64,000 nt of DNA from an uncultured Candidatus Micrarchaeota archaeon (lineage in GTDB: Archaea; Micrarchaeota; Micrarchaeia; Burarchaeales; Fermentimicrarchaeaceae), in contig CAVXDX010000004.1 in assembly GCA_963760615.1 (NCBI GenBank), positions 32,001 through 96,000 of the forward strand. The letters run 5' to 3'. A program made the translations under genes and the position numbers. The notes below the pieces were generated by a model. The model had not been told where the DNA came from. It worked only from the letters and a program-made list of their open reading frames with translations, and did not search any database. Each line of letters opens with the position of its first letter. The first letter of the stretch is position 1. This document shows, piece after piece, positions 10,384-22,107 of the stretch.

Positions 10384-10661
10384 GAAATCTTTAGTGGCGT
10401 CCTACACGATTTACGTGTTTTTTCAGCCCCTGTTTCATGGCGTGTAGTTCCTGCTTCATTGACGGCGCTTCTGCCCCATCTCACTCCCGAAGGAATTGCA
10501 GGCGTTACTTCCGCTGTGCCCCAGCGTAGTATTATCATGTTCTAAAGGAGAGTATTTAAATGTTTGGAAGGGGTAACTTTCCAATAAAGCCCCAATTTTC
10601 TAGTTATTCAAAGTCAACTCCCCCATATAATTTATTAATATCCTGATTCTAAATATCTTAC

Positions 10662-11669
10662 ATGAAGGAGGCAATGTTATACAATAAGTTAGAGGAGAAA
10701 AGGGTGAAGTGCGCCCTATGCTCCCACAGATGCCTAATTCTTGACGGCAAGAGAGGTTTCTGCGGGGTGAGGGAAAACCAGGGAGGCACCCTTTACTCAC
10801 TTGTCTACGGCAAATGCGCGTCCTGGGCTGTTGACAGGATTGAGAAGAAGCCTTTCTTCCACTTCTTCCCAGGGACGGATGTATTCTCCTTTGCAACAGT
10901 GGGATGCAACTTCAGGTGCTTGCACTGCCAGAACTTTGAGCTGAGCCAGGCGAAGGAGATAATCGGTGAAAACCTCTCCCCGGAACAGCTGGTGAAGCTT
11001 GCTAAGAAGCACAAGTGCGCAGGCATGGCGTATACCTACAATGAACCAACAGTTTTTTTTGAATATGCCCATGATACTGCGGCACTGGCGAAGAAGGAGG
11101 GCCTCTACAATGTTTTTGTAACCAACGGCTATATGACTCCTGAAGCAGTAAAGGAGATGGGCAACATAGATGCAAGCAGGATAGATTTGAAGTCTATGAA
11201 TGACAAGTTCTACAAGAGAATCTGCAGCGCTTCCGTTGAGTATGTTCTCAACTCAATAAAGCTGCTTCACAAGAAGGGGCACATTGAGATAATCAACCTG
11301 GTCATACCCACGAAGAATGACTCTGACGAGGAACTGAGGGAGCTTGCTAAATGGGTTGCTGCTCTCGACAAGGACATACCTCTGCATTTCACAGGCTTCC
11401 ACCCCTCCTACAAGATGCTGGAGATACCTCCAACTCCACTTGAAACTCTTGAGAGGGCCAGGAAAATAGCGCTGGAGGAGGGGCTGAGGTATGTCTACAC
11501 AGGGAACGTGCCAGGGCATGACGGTGAGAACACCTACTGCTACAACTGCAAGCACCTTCTCATAAAGAGATGGGGCTTTGACGTTGAGGAGTATAACATA
11601 ACAAAGGATAACCGATGCCCCAACTGCGGTGCTAGCATAAACATAGTGAACAACACAAAACATATTTAA
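10662..11669 (+). CDS. amrS: AmmeMemoRadiSam system radical SAM enzyme
   Basis: CALCSHRC..GFCGVR, DRIEKKPFFHF, GCNFRCLHCQN (CxxxCxxC), YNEP, YVYTGNV, terminal CxxC...CPNCG. Confidence 0.9.
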   Translation: MKEAMLYNKLEEKRVKCALCSHRCLILDGKRGFCGVRENQGGTLYSLVYGKCASWAVDRIEKKPFFHFFPGTDVFSFATVGCNFRCLHCQNFELSQAKEIIGENLSPEQLVKLAKKHKCAGMAYTYNEPTVFFEYAHDTAALAKKEGLYNVFVTNGYMTPEAVKEMGNIDASRIDLKSMNDKFYKRICSASVEYVLNSIKLLHKKGHIEIINLVIPTKNDSDEELRELAKWVAALDKDIPLHFTGFHPSYKMLEIPPTPLETLERARKIALEEGLRYVYTGNVPGHDGENTYCYNCKHLLIKRWGFDVEEYNITKDNRCPNCGASINIVNNTKHI

Positions 11670-11698
11670 GTTTTGTAATCGAATTTAATGTTGATAAG

Positions 11699-12781
11699 AT
11701 GAAACGCGTAACCGAACTTCTCCAGATGTTCAAGAGCAAGAGGAAGCTTGAGCTTGGGGAAGTTGCAAAGATACTCAACCTGTCGGAAGCATCAGCCCTG
11801 CTCTGGGCGAGGACGCTTAAGCAGGATAACATACTTGATATAGTGCATGAGGATGGCAGGACATACTTTGTATTGCTCTCTACGGGATTGCCCCAGATTC
11901 TGAAAGAGCCTGAGAAGAGGCTGCTTCCTGCTGAACCGGAGGAGGCAATATCCCCCAAGCAGCTCAGCAAGCTCATTGAGGATTATACACATAAGATTGA
12001 CGAGATGAAGAAGAAGAGCGCCGAGCTGGCCAGCATGGAGAGAGAGAGGTCGAATATACTCTACAAAGATTACGTGCCACTTGAGAGGAGATTTGAAGTC
12101 GAGCTACACCTCATTAATGAACAGCTCGCGGACAAGGAAGGGATGATAAAAGAGCTTGAGAGCAGGATAAAGGAAGTTCCCAAGAGGATAACCTCCATAG
12201 AATCTCAGGCAGCAAAGCTTGAGAAGATTGAGTCCTACATACGCTTCAGCCTTGACAAATCTAGGAGTAGGATAGAGAAAGAGGTGGACAGGATAGAAGA
12301 GATACGCTCCCTTGTCGAGAAGTACACATCTGAGATGAACAGGAGGATAGAGGACCAGACATCAGGCTTGAGAAATGTCCAGAAAGAGCTTGCAAGACTG
12401 AAGAAAATGGAGGATTGGATATACCTCCAGCAGGATATGCTTGAAAAGAACATGAAGGACTACGCCCAGATGAGGAAGCAGAGCCTCTCAGAAATTGACG
12501 AGCTGAGAGACATAATGCGCACGGGCTTCCTAAAGAGATACGAGAGGGAGCTCAAGAGAATGCAGGAGATGCACCTTGAGGAGATAGATAAAGTAAAGAT
12601 GAGGGAGAAGGAGTTCCAGCAGAGGATAGAGGGTGAGAGGAAGGAGCTCGCAAAGCTCAACCAGGAGAGCGAGAGAATAGTGAAGACATTCGAGGCGCTT
12701 TCCAAGAAGAAGATAAAGGTTGAGGAAGAGAAGTCATTCGTGAGCGAGCTTGAGAAAGTTCCTGCAGCTGGTATAGAGTAA
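11699..12781 (+). CDS. Hypothetical protein: wHTH-like N-terminus plus long coiled coil
   Basis: E/K/R-rich heptad-like region of about 270 aa; codon style like neighbouring core genes. Confidence 0.75.
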   Translation: MKRVTELLQMFKSKRKLELGEVAKILNLSEASALLWARTLKQDNILDIVHEDGRTYFVLLSTGLPQILKEPEKRLLPAEPEEAISPKQLSKLIEDYTHKIDEMKKKSAELASMERERSNILYKDYVPLERRFEVELHLINEQLADKEGMIKELESRIKEVPKRITSIESQAAKLEKIESYIRFSLDKSRSRIEKEVDRIEEIRSLVEKYTSEMNRRIEDQTSGLRNVQKELARLKKMEDWIYLQQDMLEKNMKDYAQMRKQSLSEIDELRDIMRTGFLKRYERELKRMQEMHLEEIDKVKMREKEFQQRIEGERKELAKLNQESERIVKTFEALSKKKIKVEEEKSFVSELEKVPAAGIE

Positions 12782-12805
12782 CTGTTCATCTTTGGAGGGG
12801 GTTGA

Positions 12806-14053
12806 ATGAGCGGTTTGAAGGAGATAGACCCTGAGGTGTACGAAACAATAGGAAAAGAGCTTGGCAGGCAAAGATACAGCTTAGAGCTTATACCTTCTGA
12901 GAACTTCACAAGCCAGGCAGTTCTTGAGGCGCAGGGCAGTGTTCTTACCAACAAATACTCCGAGGGATACCCAGGGAAGAGGTACTACGGCGGGAACCAA
13001 TTCATAGATATTACAGAAACATTGGCAATTGAGAGGGCAAAGAAGCTTTTCGGGGCGGAGCATGCGAATGTGCAACCTCATGCAGGAGCGCAGGCAAACA
13101 TGGCTGCGTACTTTGCCTTCCTTGAAATTGGGGACAAGATGATGGGCTTGAACCTGAGCATGGGCGGGCATTTGACTCATGGGAGCCCTGTCAACTTCTC
13201 AGGCAAATGGTACAAAATAGTTGCTTATAATGTAGACAAGGAAACCCAGCTTTTGGACTATGATGAAATTAAGAAGCAGGCACTTGCGGAGAAGCCAAAG
13301 CTGATTCAGTGCGGCTATACTGCATACCCCCGCATTATTGACTTCAAGGCGTTCAGGGAGATATGTGATGCATCTGGTGCTTACCTAATGGCCGACATTG
13401 CGCATATCGCAGGGCTTATTGTTGGCGGTGTCCATCCCAGCCCGGTTCCTTATGCGGATGTCGTCACAACAACCACCCATAAAACATTGAGAGGGCCCAG
13501 AGGCGCAATAATTCTATGCAAAAAGCAGTATGCAGAGAAGGTTGATAAGGCTGTCTTCCCTGGTCTGCAGGGCGGGCCTCTCGAGCACGTTATAGCTGCA
13601 AAGGCAGTATGCTTCAGAGAGGCTATGCAGCCAAGCTTTAAGGAATACGCGAAACAGATAGTGAAGAACGCAAAGGCACTTGCAGAGGAGCTCATGGGGC
13701 AGGGCTTCAAGCTCGTTTCAGGTGGAACAGACACCCATCTTATGCTGATGGATTTGACAAGCAGGGGAATTACTGGAAAGGAGGCCCAGGAGGTGCTTGA
13801 CAGCGTGGGAATAACTGCCAATAAGAACACAATTCCCTATGATACGCAGAAGCCATTCATAACAAGCGGCTTGAGACTTGGCACCCCGGCTCTCACAACA
13901 AGAGGTATGAGGGAAAGCGAAATGAAGGAAGTGGGGCGGATGATTGCAAAGGTGCTTGGAAATAGGGGGGATTCCTCGGTGCTTGAGAAGGTGAGAGAAG
14001 AAGTAAAGGCGCTTTGCGAGAGATTCCCGCTCTACAAGTCACTGGGTGCGTGA
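12806..14053 (+). CDS. glyA: Serine hydroxymethyltransferase (bacterial-type)
   Basis: [52 protein letters not shown]. Confidence 0.96.
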   Translation: MSGLKEIDPEVYETIGKELGRQRYSLELIPSENFTSQAVLEAQGSVLTNKYSEGYPGKRYYGGNQFIDITETLAIERAKKLFGAEHANVQPHAGAQANMAAYFAFLEIGDKMMGLNLSMGGHLTHGSPVNFSGKWYKIVAYNVDKETQLLDYDEIKKQALAEKPKLIQCGYTAYPRIIDFKAFREICDASGAYLMADIAHIAGLIVGGVHPSPVPYADVVTTTTHKTLRGPRGAIILCKKQYAEKVDKAVFPGLQGGPLEHVIAAKAVCFREAMQPSFKEYAKQIVKNAKALAEELMGQGFKLVSGGTDTHLMLMDLTSRGITGKEAQEVLDSVGITANKNTIPYDTQKPFITSGLRLGTPALTTRGMRESEMKEVGRMIAKVLGNRGDSSVLEKVREEVKALCERFPLYKSLGA

Positions 14054-14884
14054 ATGAAAATAATTGACGGCACTGCAATTGCGAAGGCGATGCTTGACGA
14101 GCTGAAGCTGGAGATAGAGAAGGCGGATCTTTCTCCGAAGCTTGCCGTGATACTTGTTGGCGACGACCCGGCATCAAAAACATACTTGAAAAGCAAGGAG
14201 GCAGCATGCTCCCATGTTGGGATAACTTACGAGAAGTACCTGCTTCCCAGCTCCACTTCTCAAGCTGAGCTTCTGAACCTGATAAAGGAGCTCAACGAAA
14301 GCGATGTCAATGGCATACTGCTGCAGCTGCCAATCCCCAGCAGGATGGACGAGGAGACTGCTCTAGAAGCCATAGACCCATCGAAGGATGCGGATGGATT
14401 CCACCCAGTAAACATAGGGAGGCTTGTTCTAGGCGATGAGGCTATAGCTCCAGCTACACCTTCTGGAATAATAGAACTCCTCAATAGAAGCAGTATTGAA
14501 ATTTCCGGGAAGCATGCAATAATTGTAGGAAGAAGCAATGTCGTTGGAAAGCCTCTCGCGGCAATGCTTCTGAACAGAGATGCAACGGTCACCATATGCC
14601 ACAGCAGAACAAGGAATTTGGCAAAGATAACAAGGGAGGCAGACATACTTACAGTTGCTGTGGGGAAACCGCATTTCATAACATCGGATATGGTGAAGGA
14701 AGGGGCAGTTGTTATTGATGTTGGCATAAACAAAGTGGGGGGCAACACTGTTGGCGATGTTGATTTTGAGAAAGTTAAGGAGAAGGCATATGCAATAACG
14801 CCAGTTCCGGGGGGAGTTGGACCAATGACTGTTGCATGCCTTATGAAAAATGTCTTCCTGCTCGCCCTTGCTCAGCGCGGCTGA
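14054..14884 (+). CDS. folD: Methylene-THF dehydrogenase/cyclohydrolase
   Basis: KDADGFHP, ATPSGI, GRSNVVGKP, TPVPGGVGPMT. Confidence 0.95.
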   Translation: MKIIDGTAIAKAMLDELKLEIEKADLSPKLAVILVGDDPASKTYLKSKEAACSHVGITYEKYLLPSSTSQAELLNLIKELNESDVNGILLQLPIPSRMDEETALEAIDPSKDADGFHPVNIGRLVLGDEAIAPATPSGIIELLNRSSIEISGKHAIIVGRSNVVGKPLAAMLLNRDATVTICHSRTRNLAKITREADILTVAVGKPHFITSDMVKEGAVVIDVGINKVGGNTVGDVDFEKVKEKAYAITPVPGGVGPMTVACLMKNVFLLALAQRG

Positions 14885-14889
14885 TTTTT

Positions 14890-16173
14890 ATGAATTATAC
14901 AGGGTCTATGAAATACCTCAATAGCTTCGGGAGGTTTGAGAGCAAATTTGGCTTGGAAAGGACAGAGGAACTCCTTAGGCTTCTTGGCAACCCCCATTAT
15001 GATTTCAAATCGGTTCACATAGCAGGGACGAATGGGAAAGGTTCGGTAACTGCAATGATAAGCAGCATACTGCATGAGGCAGGCTTCCGGACAGGCATGT
15101 ACACCTCGCCTCATCTTGATGATTTTCGTGAGAGAATTGAAGTGAATGGAATCCCCATCTCTAAGGAGGCACTAACCTCCCTTGTTGAGAGAGTTAAGCC
15201 TTTCATACCTGCGGTTGAGAGGAAAGCCTCTCATCCTACATTTTTTGAGGTGACAACTGCCATTGCATTCAAGTATTTCTCACAGAGGAAGGTTGATTAC
15301 GCAGTTGTGGAGGTTGGCTTGGGCGGCAGGCTTGATGCAACGAATGTCATCCTGCCAGAAGTTTCAGTTATAACAAACATAGGACTGGAGCATACCGACA
15401 TTCTTGGGAAAACAATAGGCTCAATTGCAAAGGAGAAGGGAGGCATAATAAAACAAGGCATTCCTGTTGTGACTGCAGAAAGAAAAAGAGAGGCGTTGGA
15501 TGTTCTTGAGGGAATATGCAGAGAGAAGAGTTCGAAGCTCATTCCCCTGAAAAAAGATGCAAGCATCAAGAAACTGAAGTGCGATTTGAGCGGTTGCGTG
15601 TTCAATTTGAAAACGCAGGAGAGAAGCTATAGTAGATTGGAGGTGCCGCTGCTTGGGGAGCACCAGATAGAGAATGCCGCTCTTAGTGTGCTTGCTGCAG
15701 AGCAGCTGAGAATTGATGAGAGGCATATACGCTCAGGTTTGCAGAAAGTAAAATGGCCTGGAAGACTTGAAATATTGCAGAGAAAACCACTCCTTGTCAT
15801 GGATTCCGCGCACAACCCGCCTGCAATGAGAGTTCTGAGGAATTCCCTAAAGCTTTTCAATTATGACAAACTCATTCTGGTCATTGGGGTTATGAAAGAC
15901 AAGGCAATAGGTGACATGCTTGAAGAGATAGCTCCTGCTGCGGATTACATAATAATAAACAAGCCGAACCTAGAGAGGACAGCGCAGCCTGAAGTAATAA
16001 TGAAAGAGGCGAAGAAATACGGAAAACTAATCAAAATTGTTGAAGATGTTAAAGCTTCTGTTAAATATGCGAAGTCTATAGCTGGAAAGAGGGATATGGT
16101 GCTGGTAACAGGCTCAATTTATATGCTCTCAGAGGCTAGGGCAAAAAGAAGAAAGGAAAGACTGGCGCAGTGA
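14890..16173 (+). CDS. folC: Folylpolyglutamate/dihydrofolate synthase
   Basis: HIAGTNGKGS, TSPHL..FRERI, EVGLGGRLDATN, WPGRLE, DSAHNP, TGSIY; start at ATG 14890. Confidence 0.93.
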   Translation: MNYTGSMKYLNSFGRFESKFGLERTEELLRLLGNPHYDFKSVHIAGTNGKGSVTAMISSILHEAGFRTGMYTSPHLDDFRERIEVNGIPISKEALTSLVERVKPFIPAVERKASHPTFFEVTTAIAFKYFSQRKVDYAVVEVGLGGRLDATNVILPEVSVITNIGLEHTDILGKTIGSIAKEKGGIIKQGIPVVTAERKREALDVLEGICREKSSKLIPLKKDASIKKLKCDLSGCVFNLKTQERSYSRLEVPLLGEHQIENAALSVLAAEQLRIDERHIRSGLQKVKWPGRLEILQRKPLLVMDSAHNPPAMRVLRNSLKLFNYDKLILVIGVMKDKAIGDMLEEIAPAADYIIINKPNLERTAQPEVIMKEAKKYGKLIKIVEDVKASVKYAKSIAGKRDMVLVTGSIYMLSEARAKRRKERLAQ

Positions 16174-16209
16174 TGAAGATTTTTTAAGCTGTGTGAATAT
16201 AAGCTATCT

Positions 16210-16830
16210 ATGGGAAAGGTACGCATTGGCGTGCTTGCAAGCGGGAGAGGGAGCGACTTCCAGTCCATAATTGACGGAGTGAAGAGCGGGAAGGTCAATG
16301 CGGATATACGTCTGCTTATTTCTGACAGCCCAGACGCTCAGGCACTGCAGAGAGCCAGAGACAACGGCATACCTGCTTTCTGCATAGAGCGTGGCAAATA
16401 CCTCTACAGGGAGGAGCATGACAATGCAATAAGGAAGAAGCTTGAGGATTTCAACGTTGAGCTTGTTGTGCTCGCAGGTTACATGAGGCTAATAACCGAG
16501 AAGAAGTTCCTTGAGGATTACAAGGGAAGAATAATAAACATACACCCTGCCTTGCTGCCGTGCTTCCCAGGAACTCATGCGCAGAAGGATACCTTCAACT
16601 ATGGAGTGAAAGTATCTGGCTATACCATTCATTTTGTCGATGCCTCTCCAGACGGCGGGCCAATAATATATCAAGAGGCAGTAGACATAAGCAACTGCAA
16701 AACTGAGGATGAGGTTGCAGCAAAGATACTGGAGAGGGAGCATGTCGGTTTGCCTATGGTTATTGACTCTTTCTCAAAAGGCAGGTATATCATAGAGGGC
16801 AGGAGAGTCAGGTATGTGCCTAACCCATAG
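16210..16830 (+). CDS. purN: Phosphoribosylglycinamide formyltransferase
   Basis: LASGRGSDFQS, VLAGYMR, NIHPALLP, TIHFVD...DGGPII. Confidence 0.95.
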   Translation: MGKVRIGVLASGRGSDFQSIIDGVKSGKVNADIRLLISDSPDAQALQRARDNGIPAFCIERGKYLYREEHDNAIRKKLEDFNVELVVLAGYMRLITEKKFLEDYKGRIINIHPALLPCFPGTHAQKDTFNYGVKVSGYTIHFVDASPDGGPIIYQEAVDISNCKTEDEVAAKILEREHVGLPMVIDSFSKGRYIIEGRRVRYVPNP

Positions 16831-16851
16831 ATGTTTTTAAGAACTGTTGTG

Positions 16852-17349
16852 CTAGTCCGCTTTGCTCCGCAGGTCTTTAAAATAACGGACTCCCTCCTTT
16901 TCAAAGTTTAGCTTTTCAAGCAATCCTTGCATTGCAGAATCTTCAGTATAGCAATAAACAGCGGCGAAACCTTTCAGCCTCCACTTATCAATAAGATTAG
17001 TTAAAATCGCAGTTCCTATACCCTTCCGTCCCAAACCCAGATGTTCCATTTCTTCAGCAGAAACATCTTTGAAAGGAAAACACCCATCAACCTGTACAAT
17101 GCGGTTTCCATCGCTCAACTTTAGGCGCTCTTTCAACAGTGCGTACGTCTCCCTCGCTCCCTGCCTTAAATCCTTAACATTTTCCCGTGCAAAGGATACG
17201 GAGCCCAGCACCCTTCCATCAGAGCCAGCCGGTTTAAGGATGATGTGATACATATCATAAGGAGTCTCCCTAAGCTGCAAAGTCCCCAATTGCGTTTCCA
17301 TGATGCTTTCTACTTTGTCAGTTTTTTTTGCAAAAATCTGCATATTCAA
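16852..17349 (-). CDS. GNAT-like hypothetical protein
   Basis: RKGIGTAIL motif-A-like, LLEKLNF terminal motif; visibly more AT-rich than neighbours. Confidence 0.6.
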   Translation of the reverse strand: MNMQIFAKKTDKVESIMETQLGTLQLRETPYDMYHIILKPAGSDGRVLGSVSFARENVKDLRQGARETYALLKERLKLSDGNRIVQVDGCFPFKDVSAEEMEHLGLGRKGIGTAILTNLIDKWRLKGFAAVYCYTEDSAMQGLLEKLNFEKEGVRYFKDLRSKAD

Positions 17350-17405
17350 AATATGCTTTCCTCTATTTAAATATAGGGAAGACTACTGCTTCCAGAATTC
17401 GCAGT

Positions 17406-18080
17406 CTAGGCTTCTTTCTGGTTTACTGACAGTACATATCTGCGGTCTATCCTCAAAGCCCCCAAATCAACCCTGCTTGAAATGCTGCTCAGTATTGTGT
17501 TCACTGCAATGTAGGAAATGCTTATCCCAATTGCAAATGACAGCCTCTCAAATGCAGTTACTGGCAGAAGCGTCGTCCATACTTCCGCGGGTATGCTGAA
17601 TGCATAGAGGAAGGCAACAGCACCTATTGCATGCGCGGTGAATGTCGCACCAAGGCTTCTCAGAAATAAGTTGTCCTTCCAGAGGGCTGCTGCAACCGGT
17701 ATCAGCCAGAATAATGAGTAGTACCATGCCTGCCTGCCAAGGGGGTTGAGCACAAACAGCCCCATGCATACAAGTGGAACAATGACTCTGCTCTTGCTCC
17801 GTGAGCCAAAGTAGAATGCTGCAAACATCATTGGAGTGAACCTCACCAGCGTTATCGGGTCAAGAGCATTTCCGGAGATGAGGAAATTCAATATTTCTAC
17901 GAACAAAACTGAAACAACTCCCAGAGTTGTGCTGAACAGGCCAGCTCCTATGGGACCTATGAACTGGAAGAAATTGAAGTTCTGCGATGGAACTCCGAGT
18001 ATGGTTGAAAACTTAAGCTGGTATGCAGCCAACGAAATTATTGTGAACAACGCAAGAAAAGCAAGTTTTCTCATCTCCAT
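17406..18080 (-). CDS. Multi-pass membrane protein, ECF S-component-like
   Basis: About 7 hydrophobic helices, FFQFIGPIGAGLF; start likely ATG 18080 or 18074. Confidence 0.6.
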   Translation of the reverse strand: MEMRKLAFLALFTIISLAAYQLKFSTILGVPSQNFNFFQFIGPIGAGLFSTTLGVVSVLFVEILNFLISGNALDPITLVRFTPMMFAAFYFGSRSKSRVIVPLVCMGLFVLNPLGRQAWYYSLFWLIPVAAALWKDNLFLRSLGATFTAHAIGAVAFLYAFSIPAEVWTTLLPVTAFERLSFAIGISISYIAVNTILSSISSRVDLGALRIDRRYVLSVNQKEA

Positions 18081-18127
18081 AAGAAACACCTCCAGCACCT
18101 AATCTTATACACGAAAAATATAAATAC

Positions 18128-18967
18128 TCATACTTTTTTCGAAGCAACTTCCTCGTACATCCTTTTCATCTTCAACGCATCAATATCAAGCAAAGGGCTC
18201 TCGGAAATTATTGTCCCCTCAAACCCATTCTCAACAATCACTTGAGCCAGTGGTTTGAATGGTGGTGAGTACGCCTCACCCAAAATCATGTGATGCTTCT
18301 CCCCTTTGTCCCCCCACGCAACCTCGCTGAAATGTGAGTGGAAGTCCTTCACAGCGTCTTTTCCGAGTCTGTTCTCAATTTCCGTGAAAATTTTTAGGTA
18401 ATCCTCCTTCTTCTTCAATATGCCTCCATACCTTGCATGTATATGGGCGAAATCCACAACAGGTTTTGTCATCTCCAGTGAAGCAGAAAGCTCAATGTTC
18501 TCAGAAAGAGTGCCGAACTGGGTTCCCTTTCCAGTAGTCTCCAAGCCCAGCCAGACATTGCTTATCCTTTCCTGCTTCATTTTTGCCAGTGCTTCCTCAA
18601 GAGTTTTTTTCACAAGCTTCATTGTCTCCTCAGGGCTCCTCCCCATGTAGAAGCCCGGGTGGAACACTATGACTCCAGCACCGAGAACTTTTGCAATTCT
18701 TACAGTGTCAAGTATGTTCCTCAAAGTTGCATCAATTTTCATTTTCTCCTGTGCGGCGCAGTTTATCCAGTATGGCGCATGGGCACTCAGTGAAACTTTA
18801 TACCTCTCGGCATTTTTCCTAACCTCCAGAGCCATATCATTCCTCATCTTCACTCCTCTCACAAACTCGCACTCAAAAGCATTCAGCCCCTCCTTTGCAG
18901 TATAGCCAATAGCCTCGGCAGTATTGCCCTCAAACTCCATTGGTATGCCCGCAGGCCCCCAGCGCAT
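18128..18967 (-). CDS. nfo: Endonuclease IV-like TIM-barrel nuclease (archaeal type)
   Basis: GPAGIP, SAHAPYWIN, VFHPG, LETTGK, VDFAHIHAR, HSHFS, EKHH, TIISESP. Confidence 0.85.
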   Translation of the reverse strand: MRWGPAGIPMEFEGNTAEAIGYTAKEGLNAFECEFVRGVKMRNDMALEVRKNAERYKVSLSAHAPYWINCAAQEKMKIDATLRNILDTVRIAKVLGAGVIVFHPGFYMGRSPEETMKLVKKTLEEALAKMKQERISNVWLGLETTGKGTQFGTLSENIELSASLEMTKPVVDFAHIHARYGGILKKKEDYLKIFTEIENRLGKDAVKDFHSHFSEVAWGDKGEKHHMILGEAYSPPFKPLAQVIVENGFEGTIISESPLLDIDALKMKRMYEEVASKKV

Positions 18968-18975
18968 TCAATCCC

Positions 18976-19554
18976 TCAGAAGACAAAGAATACAAGGATT
19001 ACAAGTATAAGCATGAATGCAGCCCATACAGGGAAATTCCAGGCAATCACCTTGCTGCCATCCAAAGGTGGTATCGGAATCATGTTGAAGAAGGCCAGGT
19101 AGAGGTTCGTGTATGTCCCAAAAGCTATAAACGCTTCTGCCAATGACATTGCTCTCGGGCTCTCCCCAAACCCCACCCCTATAGCCAATGCAACGAAGAG
19201 GAAAAGCATTGCTAGGAAGCAGTTCATAAGTGCACCTGAAATTGATATAATACCGTTCTCTCTCCTCGTGAGGTAATTGGAGTATATGTACACAGCACCA
19301 GGTGCTGCAAAAAGAAACTGCCCCCCGCTTATAGCTGCCATGACAAACATGAGCAGAAGCCCCTCCGGCCATGCCTTGAAGAAAGCCTTTGCGCCGTAAT
19401 GGTTTGCAACGAACCTGTGTGCCAGCTCGTGTGCAACAAACCCCACCCCAACTGTGAGCAGTATTATGGGGAAGTAACCCAGCCTACCTATTGAGAATGC
19501 AACCGCAAGAGCGATGACAGAAACAACAATGTCGAAAAGCTCGTTGGACTGCAC
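18976..19554 (-). CDS. Site-2 protease family (M50) zinc metalloprotease
   Basis: HELAH zinc motif, NMIPIPPLDGSK. Confidence 0.9.
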   Translation of the reverse strand: MQSNELFDIVVSVIALAVAFSIGRLGYFPIILLTVGVGFVAHELAHRFVANHYGAKAFFKAWPEGLLLMFVMAAISGGQFLFAAPGAVYIYSNYLTRRENGIISISGALMNCFLAMLFLFVALAIGVGFGESPRAMSLAEAFIAFGTYTNLYLAFFNMIPIPPLDGSKVIAWNFPVWAAFMLILVILVFFVF

Positions 19555-19947
19555 TTACATCACCCTTATCTCCTTCTCAAGAATTTTGACTTTTGCAGGT
19601 GTGAACATGCCTGCGTAGGAAACAACGACGCACTCCTCCTCGCTTCCATTCCTGAATCTCACCCGTATTCTCCCTCCTATCCTTGCACTGCTGTTGGCAA
19701 TTGCGTTAGAGCGTGCGGAGAACATGCTGAACGGAAGCTCCTTCTCCGAGAGCACCACGGTTATCTGGTCTCCTTTCTTAACCCCTCTCATTGTCGGGTA
19801 TGTAAAAGGCATGAGCATTGCTAGGCCAATGTCAAGAGCGAGCAGCTTCAGCAGGAAATCTATGCCTGTTGGTGTCACTGCGTAGATTATCAGTGCAGCT
19901 GCCGTGAAGAGCGCAACTGATTTGAAGAATATCCTCACATCTAGCAT
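19555..19947 (-). CDS. Small membrane protein with soluble beta-rich C-terminus
   Basis: Two TM helices; tightly packed between cdc48 and the M50 gene. Confidence 0.7.
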   Translation of the reverse strand: MLDVRIFFKSVALFTAAALIIYAVTPTGIDFLLKLLALDIGLAMLMPFTYPTMRGVKKGDQITVVLSEKELPFSMFSARSNAIANSSARIGGRIRVRFRNGSEEECVVVSYAGMFTPAKVKILEKEIRVM

Positions 19948-19951
19948 TCAA

Positions 19952-22102
<2,151 letters not shown>

Positions 22103-22107
22103 TCAAA

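Noticed and set aside
10390-10530. RNase P RNA, SRP RNA or 5S rRNA
   Set aside because: The universal GAGGAAxxUCC and ACAxAAxxxGCUUA, SRP helix 8 and 5S motifs were not found; kept only as an unassigned sRNA candidate.
16815-16855. attC-like GCACAAC...GTTAGGC downstream of the GNAT gene on the minus strand
   Set aside because: The two halves are only about 22 bp apart, there are no L boxes, and the core lies inside the purN coding sequence.
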